IMG/VR virus record: IMGVR_UViG_2681813271_000004 | Length of the DNA: 10,646 bases | Strand: one strand, 5' to 3' | From: a virus | Lineage: Duplodnaviria > Heunggongvirae > Uroviricota > Caudoviricetes | Shown here: positions 1 through 8,328 of the stretch, piece by piece | How the letters are laid out: every line of letters begins with the position of its first letter | Position numbering within the stretch: position 1 is the stretch's first letter | The notes under the pieces: generated by a model | The model's input: only the letters and a program-made list of their open reading frames with translations | The model's database searches: none | Told to the model about the DNA's origin: nothing | Made by a program: the position numbers and the translations under genes

Positions 1-54
1 CCAGTCAGTTGCTTAACTGACTGGCATTACTCAACTGAGGGGCTATTTTTTTGA
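1..54. other. Region downstream of ogr: perfect 10-bp inverted repeat (1-10 ccagtcagtt / 15-24 aactgactgg, 4-nt loop), then a GC-rich stretch and T7 run (45-51) on the plus strand, which is an A7 run on the ogr strand. Possible terminator and/or prophage end (attR-proximal).
   Basis: Inverted repeat and homopolymer tract read directly from the sequence. In P2 the att site lies immediately beyond ogr. Any T-tract that would follow the hairpin on the minus strand lies outside the window. Confidence 0.3.
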
Positions 55-273
55 TCACATCCACATAATTTGCTGCCCTGACGGCAACGGGTGCGGCCTT
101 ACGGCGTGGACTTCTCCCGGCTTCACGATGTATCGCTGTACCGACTCATAAGTGATGAACGTGGCGCTGCAATTCACGTTCTGGCACTGGTGATAACGCT
201 CTTTTGTCGTGTCAGTGATATAGCGACTTGTACGCGCATGTGCGGCATGCTGGCATAAAGGACAATGAAACAT
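55..273 (-). CDS. ogr: Late-gene transcriptional activator Ogr (72 aa, Cys4 zinc finger)
   Basis: Translation from the internal ATG (plus 271-273) gives MFHCPLCQHAAHARTSRYITDTTKERYHQCQNVNC..., with the C-x2-C-x22-C-x4-C arrangement typical of P2 Ogr / 186 B. A GAGG RBS sits 8 nt upstream of this ATG. The six-frame ORF runs further to 336 (GTG-type start, 93 aa); an in-frame ATG at 307-309 would give 84 aa. Stop is TGA at 55-57. Confidence 0.88.
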   Translation of the reverse strand: MFHCPLCQHAAHARTSRYITDTTKERYHQCQNVNCSATFITYESVQRYIVKPGEVHAVRPHPLPSGQQIMWM

Positions 274-354
274 CGCGAGCACCTCTTCCGGTTTTGTTGA
301 TGGTGCCATTTTAGTTAATTTATCCTTATAAAACAAACAGATAAATAAACCACG

Positions 355-1518
355 TCACTCATCATCTTCTGTTTCGTACTCCACATCAGAAAGCCTTACC
401 TCAAGCTCCAAGGACGTCGTGAAGCCGCTATTATTGAGACAATGTGTCACCTTAGTGATGGTCCAGTCCTGCTCGTCTATGACGCGCTTAAAGCCTGACA
501 CTTTAACCGGTGTTTCCGTGTAAATATCTGCACGACCGGTAGCCAGGCTGATGGAGAACTCCGCTACACCCCGTTGCAGTTTATCCCACTTCGCCTGAGC
601 GGCGCGCATGGCCTGCGCTTTTGTGGCATATACCGTGGTCAGGGCAAAAACGTTGTCAGCTTCACCGGCCATGTATTCACCTTCGCGCGCTTCCGGTACT
701 TTTGGCGCTTTCTTCTGCGTGACCGGTTTCGCTTTCGGGTGCTCCAGTGCGCGCAGGTGTTTTTCTTTCTTTTTGCGTTTCAGTTTTACCTTCTGCTTTT
801 GCGGCTTCGGGTCTTTGGTGTGTAACCACTTTGCCGTTACGCCGGTGTAAGCTCCACGGTCAGCAATCGCAAAATGATGACGGTCGCCGTCGCTGCGGGT
901 GATGGTAATCTGCGGGATTTTTTTACCGCTGGCCGTCACCCCCTGCCCCGCTTTGAGAAACAGCAGTTTTCCCATTTTTACCGACACCTCGCCGCCGTTG
1001 CGTTCAGCAAGACGGGTCAGGAATTTCGCATCAGACTCCTGCGACTGGTCGATGTGTGGAATTTTTATTCCGGCCAGTGACGGAGCGACACTGGCTTCCA
1101 GCCTGTTACGGGAGGCTATCGCCTCAACAATCGCACCGAGCGTAATGTCATGCCATGAGCCTTCACGGCGGGAATTGAGCGTCCCGCGAAAATCTGCACT
1201 CCGGGCGCGGATGGTGACCACATCCGGCGCGCCCCGGTGTTCAACCTCATCAACGGTAAATTTCCCTTTGCATACCAGGGCAAAACCTTTCCAGCCGATA
1301 TACACCGTCAGGACAGCGCCACGAACCGGCAGCCCGACCTGCCCGTCGGCATCGTTCAGTTCAATATCAAGCTGGTCAGCCTCAAAGCCCCGGTTATCCG
1401 TCAGGGTCATGCTCATCAGACGGTCGCTGATATTGCCGGTAATATCCCTGCTGTCGAGCATCAGCATGTAATCCGGCGTCAGCGTACTGCCTGCATCAAA
1501 TGTCAGCGCATCCAGCAT
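355..1518 (-). CDS. D: P2 gpD-like tail protein (late control gene D family), 387 aa
   Basis: 387-aa ORF at the expected position between U and ogr in the P2 FI-FII-E-T-U-D order. Its ATG overlaps the U stop codon (TAATG), indicating translational coupling. Contains an internal Lys-rich segment. Confidence 0.88.
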   Translation of the reverse strand: MLDALTFDAGSTLTPDYMLMLDSRDITGNISDRLMSMTLTDNRGFEADQLDIELNDADGQVGLPVRGAVLTVYIGWKGFALVCKGKFTVDEVEHRGAPDVVTIRARSADFRGTLNSRREGSWHDITLGAIVEAIASRNRLEASVAPSLAGIKIPHIDQSQESDAKFLTRLAERNGGEVSVKMGKLLFLKAGQGVTASGKKIPQITITRSDGDRHHFAIADRGAYTGVTAKWLHTKDPKPQKQKVKLKRKKKEKHLRALEHPKAKPVTQKKAPKVPEAREGEYMAGEADNVFALTTVYATKAQAMRAAQAKWDKLQRGVAEFSISLATGRADIYTETPVKVSGFKRVIDEQDWTITKVTHCLNNSGFTTSLELEVRLSDVEYETEDDE

Positions 1519-1997
1519 TATCCCGCCCCCGTCATACCCGTGAATTTAGTCGCCATACTGCCAGCCTTACCGATGAGCGATTCCGCCTGTTTACCGATAT
1601 CGCCATAAAGCGCGGCCAGTGACTCATCAACGCGGGTGAGCGACAGCGTAAAATCAATTTTCCGTGGTGTGCCGTCTGCAAAGAAAATACTCCCTGTTTC
1701 ACTCACCTTGCTGATGACATACATGCCGTAAATCATGCCGGTGCCATCCAGCAACGGCCACGCCCGGCCTTCCTCTGCCATCAGTCTGAGCGTGGTCATC
1801 GTCAGCTTTCCGCCAGTCAGTTCGGGATAAAGCACACCGGCAAGTGTGATGTTCTCCTCACCTACACCGAGAAACTGATAGGCATCCCGTTTACCGATAC
1901 GGGAATTTGACGGCCAGCGATAATCTGATTCACGCTGCATGGTCTGGTGTGGCAGCGTCTGGCGCATAAAAACAAACATACCTAACGCGAGCATCAT
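1518..1997 (-). CDS. U: P2 gpU-like tail protein, 159 aa
   Basis: 159-aa ORF immediately downstream of the tape measure gene (14-nt gap) and overlapping the D start. Size and position match P2 gpU. Confidence 0.85.
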   Translation of the reverse strand: MMLALGMFVFMRQTLPHQTMQRESDYRWPSNSRIGKRDAYQFLGVGEENITLAGVLYPELTGGKLTMTTLRLMAEEGRAWPLLDGTGMIYGMYVISKVSETGSIFFADGTPRKIDFTLSLTRVDESLAALYGDIGKQAESLIGKAGSMATKFTGMTGAG

Positions 1998-2011
1998 TTT
2001 TCGTCACCTCC

Positions 2012-4459
2012 TTAACCGTCATGCATCATGCTGGCACGGGCGCGCGCACGTTTATCCCGCTCGTATTTTTCGAGCGCATCCTGTAACTGGCGGTCAAGCT
2101 GTGTCCCCGGTGCAGTACCACCCGTCAGGCTGATGTGATATTCGTTTTTACTCTGGTCCACATAAGAGCGGCCAGCCGGTGCCGTGACCGGCTGATAAGC
2201 CTGATAGCCTGCATAAGAGCTGGTCGCCGGAATATAACCACCGGTGCCATACGTGGCGGCATGAGTTCTGGCGGCGGTCTGGTCAAGTGTGTCTGACTCT
2301 TTGTTGATGACCCCGAGCTTTTCCAGTACCCAGTCAATGCCGCTGCGCAATTTGTTGAACGCATTAAGCGGCAGCATCAGCGCGTCAGCCAGTGCCTGCC
2401 CGAACATGACGCCCGTGTCACGGCAACGGTTCAGGGTGTCCTGGGTGGCTTTGACCGGGGCAATCAGGTTTTTAAACCACTGCCACGCAGCCTGTAACTT
2501 TTCGCCCAGCCAGTCAAACACCGGTTTCAGTGGCGTGAACAGCTCCCCCACCGGCGCAAATGCCGCTTTCAGCCCTTCAACCACACCGCCAAAGAATGCG
2601 CTGACAGGCTCCCAGTATTTACGGATAAGCAACGCCCCGGCGACAATGGCGGCCACCACAGCCACAACCGGCCAGCTAATCGCCCCGATGGCCGTCATAA
2701 CGGCACTACCAACCGTCGTGAAGATTGCCCCCATTGCGCCTGCTGCCGCGATGATGGCATTGATGCCGGTGATAACCGGCCAGGCTACAAGACCAATTGC
2801 ACCGATGATGCCAGTCAGCGCCAGCGCGCCACCGGCAATGAGGCCAATGGTTGACGCCAGTGATTTGTTTTTCTGTACCCAGCCGTCGAGTTTTAACACA
2901 TACTTTGTGGCCGTCTGCGTGAGCTTACGTAGCGCGCCTTCCTGCTGGTCAAACAGGTCTGTCCCCACCGCCTCATAAGCGGACTGAAACTCCTTAAAGT
3001 CACCGCCGAGGTTGTCCTGCATGATATTTACCAGCTCTGCGGTCTTCCCGTCTGAGGCTTTAAACGCAGCGGTCAGTTTGTCCAGCTTTCCGGTTGACGC
3101 GGCAGTCATCAGCACAGCGGCGGCTGAGCTGGCCTCCTCCCCGAAAATGGTTTTCATGTATTCGGCCTGCTGGGCAGTACCGAGCCGGTTTTTCTCAAAG
3201 CTGGCCTGCATTTCTTTCAGAATGGTAAATACTGGTCGGGTGTTTCCCTTACTGTCTGAGGTTTTCACGCCAAGCTCTTTGAGTGCATCCCATGCTTTTC
3301 CAGTCGGTGCCTGCAGGCGACTTAACACGGCACGGCTTCCCGTCCCCGCCATTGAGCCTGTGATTTTTGCATCATGCAGCGCCCCGACCATTGCGGCGGT
3401 TTCTTCAATGCTGACACCGGCATTTTTTGCCACTGGTGCGGCATAGGTCAGCGCATCGCTCATGCCGTCAAAATCAGCGGCGGTTTTGTTCATCGTCATG
3501 GAGAGAACATCCCCGATATGAGCGACCTTATCGTTTGAAAGCTGAAAGGCGGATTTCATCCCCATCAGCAGGGCGGCGTTTTCTTCCATTGTGCGGCGGT
3601 TCGCCAGCGCCATATTCAGCGTGACCGGCGTTGCCGCCTGAATGGCATCAACATCCCCACCCGCTTTCGCAATGATAATCTGTGCACCGGCCGCATCATC
3701 CGCTGAGGCGGCGGTGTTGTCACCGAGCTGGCGCGCCTGCTTGCGGAGTGCAGCCATTTCGGCGGAGTCTTTTGCCACACCGAGCACAGCCTGCAATTCT
3801 GAGTTTTTCTGCGCAAACTCATAACCTGGCATCAGCAGCTTAACTCCGGCTATCGTTCCCGCAGCAGCAATCCCCACACCGGCAGCGCCCACTGAGGCCA
3901 TATTTCCGGCCAGTTCCTTTCCGGCCTGATAACGCTGTTTGACTGCGTTAAGTTTTGCCTGTTGCGCACTGACACGCGCCAGCGCGTCACGCTGCCGGTT
4001 AAGCTGGGCGGTGGTTTCACTGATACGGTTTTTCAGTCCCTGCTCATCATGTGCAAGATTGCGGGTATTAATTCCCACAGCGGCCAGTTCCCGCTGCTGG
4101 CGTTTAACGGAATCTGTCAGGCGGTTATATTTCGCCTGTAAGTCCTCCGCCGCACGCTTTGCGGATTCCAGCACTTTCGCCTGAGCACGGGTCGGGCGTT
4201 CGGTGTTTTTAAACTGTGTGGCAAGGGCTTCGGCCTCCTGCCGTGCCTTTTCAAGTGCATGACCAGTCACGGCGAGCTGTGCACTGGTCTTGCGGAATCC
4301 CTCAATACGGGATGCGTGACCGTTCAGCTCGCGCAGTGATTTTTGTGTTTCCCGGATATCCCCCGACAGCAACTTACTCGCTCTGCGGATGGATTTAAAC
4401 GGGCGGGACGCCTGGTCAACAGCCCTGAGCAATACCTGTAATTTTACATTGTTACTCAT
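2012..4459 (-). CDS. T: Tail tape measure protein (P2 gpT-like), 815 aa
   Basis: 815-aa ORF with an N-terminal coiled-coil-like, Ala/Gln/Arg-rich region followed by Gly/Ala-rich hydrophobic segments (IAGGALALTGIIGAIGLVAWPVITG...), typical of tape measure proteins. Start ATG at 4457-4459 overlaps the end of the E+E' frame. Confidence 0.9.
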   Translation of the reverse strand: MSNNVKLQVLLRAVDQASRPFKSIRRASKLLSGDIRETQKSLRELNGHASRIEGFRKTSAQLAVTGHALEKARQEAEALATQFKNTERPTRAQAKVLESAKRAAEDLQAKYNRLTDSVKRQQRELAAVGINTRNLAHDEQGLKNRISETTAQLNRQRDALARVSAQQAKLNAVKQRYQAGKELAGNMASVGAAGVGIAAAGTIAGVKLLMPGYEFAQKNSELQAVLGVAKDSAEMAALRKQARQLGDNTAASADDAAGAQIIIAKAGGDVDAIQAATPVTLNMALANRRTMEENAALLMGMKSAFQLSNDKVAHIGDVLSMTMNKTAADFDGMSDALTYAAPVAKNAGVSIEETAAMVGALHDAKITGSMAGTGSRAVLSRLQAPTGKAWDALKELGVKTSDSKGNTRPVFTILKEMQASFEKNRLGTAQQAEYMKTIFGEEASSAAAVLMTAASTGKLDKLTAAFKASDGKTAELVNIMQDNLGGDFKEFQSAYEAVGTDLFDQQEGALRKLTQTATKYVLKLDGWVQKNKSLASTIGLIAGGALALTGIIGAIGLVAWPVITGINAIIAAAGAMGAIFTTVGSAVMTAIGAISWPVVAVVAAIVAGALLIRKYWEPVSAFFGGVVEGLKAAFAPVGELFTPLKPVFDWLGEKLQAAWQWFKNLIAPVKATQDTLNRCRDTGVMFGQALADALMLPLNAFNKLRSGIDWVLEKLGVINKESDTLDQTAARTHAATYGTGGYIPATSSYAGYQAYQPVTAPAGRSYVDQSKNEYHISLTGGTAPGTQLDRQLQDALEKYERDKRARARASMMHDG

Positions 4460-4879
4460 TCGTGTTTCCGCTTCGCCTGAGCGCCTTTTCGCGCCATGTG
4501 ATGAGTTCGGTCAGGCTCATGGGATACAGTTCTGATGGCGGCCAGTGAAATATCACTGCCACATCCGCCATCAGGTCATCGACCGACAGATTTTTCGGAA
4601 GCGTCACTGCACCGAGTTCGGCGACAAAAAACCGACCACCTTACCGGCCAGCGCCACAAGGTCAGGCAGTTCCAGCGCGGCGACTTCCTGCTCGGTCAGC
4701 ATCGGTGCCGTCATGCGCGGCAGCACCTTAATCAGTGCATCGACTTCTGAGTTTGCGACCGCAGCCAGACTGACACCGCGCAGCGTCCCCGCACTGGGTT
4801 TCATCAGCGTGACCTGTTCGATAACCTGCTCACCACGCTTGACCGGATTGTCCAGGGTAATCACATTTTCTTTGTTCAT
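4452..4879 (-). CDS. E+E': Tail assembly chaperone E+E' fusion made by a programmed -1 ribosomal frameshift (predicted 142 aa)
   Basis: Slippery site T TTT TTG on the minus strand (plus 4625-4631). Hand translation of the -1 frame from that point gives VAELGAVTLPKNLSVDDLMADVAVIFHWPPSELYPMSLTELITWREKALRRSGNTNE, then TAA at plus 4452-4454. Total is 85 + 57 = 142 aa, and the end overlaps the T start, as in P2 E/E+E'. Confidence 0.72.
4604..4879 (-). CDS. E: Tail assembly chaperone gpE (91 aa, unshifted product)
   Basis: 91-aa ORF between FII and T ending ...VVGFLSPNSVQ. The GGT TTT TTG codons near its 3' end form the slippery heptamer T TTT TTG. Confidence 0.85.
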   Translation of the reverse strand: MNKENVITLDNPVKRGEQVIEQVTLMKPSAGTLRGVSLAAVANSEVDALIKVLPRMTAPMLTEQEVAALELPDLVALAGKVVGFLSPNSVQ

Positions 4880-4935
4880 GGTTTTCTCACTTCTGAATCG
4901 GGGTTAACCGGTCAGCCAGGCTGACCGGATGAAAA

Positions 4936-5454
4936 TTACAGGCCGATATTGCGGCGGTGTTGCTCCAGCCGGTCGACGCCGTTCACCTTCTCAATCATGT
5001 TGATGGTGTCGATTTCGACCAGCTCCTTACCGTCCATCGTCAGCCGGAAATAGGTGCAGACCACGGAGATTTTCGACTCGGTGTCTTCTCCCTGTTTACC
5101 CTCGCCGGTGTCGATTTCTTTCTGACGGCCACGCATGACCACCTCTACGGCCACCGTTTCGCCGGTATCGTCACGCTGGTAAGAGCCTGCAAAACGAATC
5201 GGCACGGCATCCACACCGGTTGCGGCGTAAAGCTCCCAGATAACCGAATCCGGGAAGCCCCCGAGCGACCACTCCATTGACAGCGCATCGTCATCAAGGC
5301 CGAGGTCTACCGGTGCGCTTCCGTTCATCCCCGCACCGCGATAGTTTTCGAGTTTACGGGTCAGTTTTGGCAGCGTGACGGACTTTGCAACGCCCTGATA
5401 GCTGTAGCCGTTCAGAAAGACGTTCATTAACTTGAGTTTGCGCGGCATTGCCAT
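4936..5454 (-). CDS. FII: Major tail tube protein (P2 gpFII-like), 172 aa
   Basis: 172-aa ORF directly downstream of the sheath gene. Length and position match P2 FII. Stop TAA at 4936-4938. Confidence 0.9.
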   Translation of the reverse strand: MAMPRKLKLMNVFLNGYSYQGVAKSVTLPKLTRKLENYRGAGMNGSAPVDLGLDDDALSMEWSLGGFPDSVIWELYAATGVDAVPIRFAGSYQRDDTGETVAVEVVMRGRQKEIDTGEGKQGEDTESKISVVCTYFRLTMDGKELVEIDTINMIEKVNGVDRLEQHRRNIGL

Positions 5455-5466
5455 CGGTCAGGCTCC

Positions 5467-6657
5467 TTAATTGCTGTTAACCGAGGTGACCAGATTTGCC
5501 AGGTATTTATCGGTAATACGCTGGCGCAGGGTCAGGTTTTCAAGAGGAGGCACCGGGGTATAGTCGTAGTCGATATACAGTTTTCCGGCCTTGAGGGTTT
5601 CCGCATCGTTGGATTCTTCGCTGAACCAGCAGGTCGCATCCACGATATAGCCGTTTGTTTTCAGCTCACGGAATTTGGCATTGATGCCGTCAACGATGTC
5701 GCGAATCAGCGTTGCGGTGATGGGCTTGTCCACCGCCCACATGTGCGCCTCAGCCATCGTGTCGGCCAGCACCTGCGCGGTGCGGGTGTAGTTTTCAAAG
5801 AGGAACAGCGGGTCATCAGAGCAGGTACGGTTACCCCAGAAGCGGAAACCGTCACGGCGAATCAGCGTTGTGACGCCTGACTCGTTAAGCAGGTCAGCAT
5901 CGGTGCCGGACTCCTGCAAATCCCAGAATACGGACGCGCTGATGCCGGTAACACCGTTCACCCCGACGTTGGACAGCGTTTTATGCCAGCCCTGCTCCTG
6001 GTCGATTTTAGCGCGCAGACCCAGCGCACGGGCGGTGGCATACGCGGTGGCGGTGGTACTGGCGACCGTATCCCATGCGAGGAAATCCGGCCAGATGACC
6101 ATCAGCTCACGCTGGCTGAAATTCTGACGGTAGGCTTTCACCTCGGAAACGGTCTTACAGCCCCATGCGCTGATATACCCGAAAGCGCGCAGCTTCTGAC
6201 AGACTGATGCCAGTGCAACAGCCACCTCTTTGGTGTCCAGTCCCGGCACGCCGAGAATACGCGGTTTAACACCGGTTACCGACTCCGCCGCCAGCAGGGC
6301 TTTCAGTCCGGTGTACTGACCGTTTTCGTCGGTGGTGCCGATGATATTGGAAACGGTCTGCGCGAGTTTCGTTTCCTCGTCGTCGCCGGTGCCGTCTTCC
6401 ACACGCACGACAACGGTGACCGGTTTTGACTGGTCGGCGATGGCCTGCAACGATGCCGCCAGCGTGCCTTTTTTACCGGCCTTTGCAATTGCGCTCTGCA
6501 CATTGGTAATCAGCACCGGTTTATTGAGGGGGAAGGTTTCCGCATCCGCATCGCTGGCCGTGCAGACCATGCCGACAATGGCAGTGGATACGGTGGAAAT
6601 GACGCGGGTGCCGTCGTTAATCTCCAGCACCTGCACGCCGTGATGATAGTCACTCAT
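5467..6657 (-). CDS. FI: Major tail sheath protein (P2 gpFI-like), 396 aa
   Basis: 396-aa ORF and first gene of the F operon. GGAG RBS 8 nt upstream of ATG (plus 6655-6657). Length and position match P2 FI. Confidence 0.9.
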   Translation of the reverse strand: MSDYHHGVQVLEINDGTRVISTVSTAIVGMVCTASDADAETFPLNKPVLITNVQSAIAKAGKKGTLAASLQAIADQSKPVTVVVRVEDGTGDDEETKLAQTVSNIIGTTDENGQYTGLKALLAAESVTGVKPRILGVPGLDTKEVAVALASVCQKLRAFGYISAWGCKTVSEVKAYRQNFSQRELMVIWPDFLAWDTVASTTATAYATARALGLRAKIDQEQGWHKTLSNVGVNGVTGISASVFWDLQESGTDADLLNESGVTTLIRRDGFRFWGNRTCSDDPLFLFENYTRTAQVLADTMAEAHMWAVDKPITATLIRDIVDGINAKFRELKTNGYIVDATCWFSEESNDAETLKAGKLYIDYDYTPVPPLENLTLRQRITDKYLANLVTSVNSN

Positions 6658-6752
6658 CCGTTTAACTCCGTGGTTAATGGGTGCAACTATTTTCTGTTGG
6701 GCAGTGCATGAGACGCTATTTGACCTGGCTGGTCAGTGGATGAAACAACAGA

Positions 6753-6781
6753 TAAAGAAAATGCGGGCAATTCGCCCGCAT
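6753..6781 (-). terminator. Rho-independent terminator-like hairpin on the minus strand (8-bp GC-rich stem, 5-nt loop, then TTTTCTTT)
   Basis: Plus 6761-6768 atgcgggc and 6774-6781 gcccgcat are perfect reverse complements. On the minus strand the hairpin is followed by TTTTCTTTATC (plus 6750-6760). Confidence 0.5.
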
Positions 6782-6798
6782 GTCCTGATTTGTACACA
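6781..6798 (-). promoter_or_regulatory. TGT-N12-ACA dyad, candidate Ogr-dependent late promoter element for the F operon (P_F)
   Basis: tgtcctgatttgtacaca matches the TGT-N12-ACA consensus of P2/186/P4 late promoters (dyad centred near -55). It is the only such match in the FI upstream region. The implied TSS near 6734 would give a roughly 77-nt leader. Confidence 0.4.
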
Positions 6799-6996
6799 CT
6801 CATTTTCCGACTGACAGTTTACATAGCCCAAACGCTATCAAATCTGACAGCCTGCTATGAGCGAAAAGCGTTAAATCTCACGATATCTGCTACCGGGAAA
6901 AATTTCGATTATCTTCGATGGGAACTTTGATAATGTAGTAAATGCCATTTTCAGCGATCACTTTTCAAGCGTGTGTAAATGATTAATGTTAAAAAA

Positions 6997-7026
6997 TTGA
7001 CTTCACTGAAATAAGGTTGCTAGTAT
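6997..7026 (+). promoter_or_regulatory. Candidate sigma70 promoter for the cargo gene (TTGACT - 18 nt - TAGTAT)
   Basis: -35-like TTGACT at 6997-7002 and -10-like TAGTAT at 7021-7026, in AT-rich DNA about 40 nt upstream of the cargo ATG. AAGGAA RBS at 7058-7063. Confidence 0.3.
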
Positions 7027-7067
7027 TTTTGGAGCAACCATTAATGTTTTTTATTTAAGGAATGTAA

Positions 7068-8328
7068 ATGACATACGCACTGATTGATAATTCAACTCTA
7101 ACTGCAGTCCAAAGAATCGAGGGGAAAGTAAAAACAAGATCGAAGGACTCAGTAGATACAGACATAATAGCATTTGAGAACTATATACAGTCTATTTTGT
7201 TCTATGATCACGTTATCGCGGTTGATGATTATATTCCAGAGTACCGTGGGAGTAGGATTTCAAGTTTCAGAGAGATATTATTTCTTGATAAAGCACAATA
7301 TGGGTTGGATGAAATTGAAAGTGAAGCAAAAAAAATATCTGATGCATTGAAACCTAAAATTCGTGGTGGAACATTTGTTAATGACGATTTTAAAAAACTA
7401 ATTGAACTTCTTCAGACACATATCATATGTACATGGGACATTAGTTCAAGTGTTTATCATCTAACACTGAAGAACTTATCTGATGGAGGTAAGGAGTTTG
7501 AAAAATATGGTAACATTGCTGCTGCCATTTTTTCAGAACTGCGTGATGCTGCTGAGTCTGGTAATAGAACAAATGGCGATGTTGAACTTCTCGATCGATT
7601 TGGCAACCCTATTCGCAAGGGGTACAAAGTTCCCGGAGCAAAATGGGGGGATGGCACATCTGCTGGTGAAGCATCAGATGCAATCAAAGCATTCGTGGCT
7701 TCGCTTGTATGGCTGGCTAATCGGGCAGTATTTTATTCTCTCACAGCTAAGTACCTTCAAGCAGATACTTTTTTATATCCATTACGTCAGGCGTATCAAC
7801 AGACATATTTAAGCCAAAACTGTCAGTATGGTTTTGACTATGCTAAACATATTGTAGAAAACTTTTCCACTTCGTTAAGTCATGATCTCATTGATATTCA
7901 TTCTGGTGGTAAAGCTGTAGCAACAGCAACTTCGCTTCCTTTATTTTCGGCATGGCTCGCAAAAGAAACTGGTGATCCAAGTTGTATTGTTGAAGCTGCT
8001 TATAACATAAGGGACAACAACGAATTTGTAAGGGCCCGTGAGAAAATGCGAGAAATAAAGCGCTTGTTTGATGAAAATGAATTGCCTCAAGCTAATAAGT
8101 CAGTAAGAGCATTGCTTACTGAAGTATCGAAAGAATCAGATTATATTCGAACTAAGTATGGGCTCAAGACTAGACAAGGTGTACCTGTAACTAAGCTTGT
8201 ACATGTATACAATACTGTTGCGGCTATTAATTCCCTTCCGAAACTACCGACCTTTAATTTTAAAGTTAAAGTTCCTGATTTCTTATATGATCTTAAAAAA
8301 CCCAAGGGGTTTCGTGCTCTCTATCGAA
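7068..8328 (+). CDS. Hypothetical protein, at least 420 aa, 3' end lost in the N-gap. Cargo gene at the P2 Z/fun-equivalent hotspot and candidate anti-phage defense / superinfection-exclusion protein of unrecognised family.
   Basis: Long uninterrupted ORF on the strand opposite all phage late genes, in DNA visibly more AT-rich than the flanking tail genes. ATG at 7068 with an upstream AAGGAA. I see no Walker A, HEPN or other canonical motif. The ORF-track extension to 8630 is an artefact of translating N as X. Confidence 0.65.

Noticed and set aside
55-336. Longer 93-aa version of ogr starting at 336
   Set aside because: The zinc-finger protein of this family is 72 aa and begins MFHCPLCQ. 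The internal ATG at 271-273 has a better RBS, so the upstream extension is probably leader sequence.
574-1608. Plus-strand ORFs of 68-190 aa (574-825, 608-850, 874-1080, 899-1471, 1237-1608) inside gene D
   Set aside because: They lie antisense to a well-supported, syntenic tail gene in GC-rich DNA, where long shadow ORFs are expected. Their translations are Arg/Ser/Pro/Cys-rich and low-complexity, with no start context.
1939-4398. Plus-strand and alternative-frame ORFs overlapping the tape measure gene (for example 2289-2978, 3012-3446, 3427-3624, 3939-4184, 4216-4398, and minus-strand 2125-2364 and 3616-3822)
   Set aside because: They are antisense or out-of-frame shadows of the 815-aa tape measure ORF. 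Their composition is typical of translated GC-rich non-coding frames.
4535-4907. Plus-strand ORFs 4535-4750 and 4545-4907 overlapping E and E'
   Set aside because: The region is fully explained by E and the -1 frame E' extension on the minus strand. The plus-strand ORFs lack an RBS and look like shadow frames.
4957-6643. Plus-strand ORFs within FII and FI (4957-5280, 5870-6127, 5983-6207, 6332-6643) and minus-strand 6303-6503
   Set aside because: Antisense or alternative-frame overlaps of strongly supported sheath and tube genes.
6736-6930. 64-aa plus-strand ORF in the FI upstream region
   Set aside because: It has a GTG-type start and spans the terminator hairpin and the TGT-N12-ACA dyad, with no RBS. 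It is more likely a non-coding regulatory region than a gene, though a small protein cannot be excluded.
7457-7812. ORFs 7457-7687 (minus) and 7483-7812 (plus, alternative frame) inside the cargo gene
   Set aside because: Both are nested within the much longer 7068+ ORF; in AT-rich DNA the long frame is the informative one.
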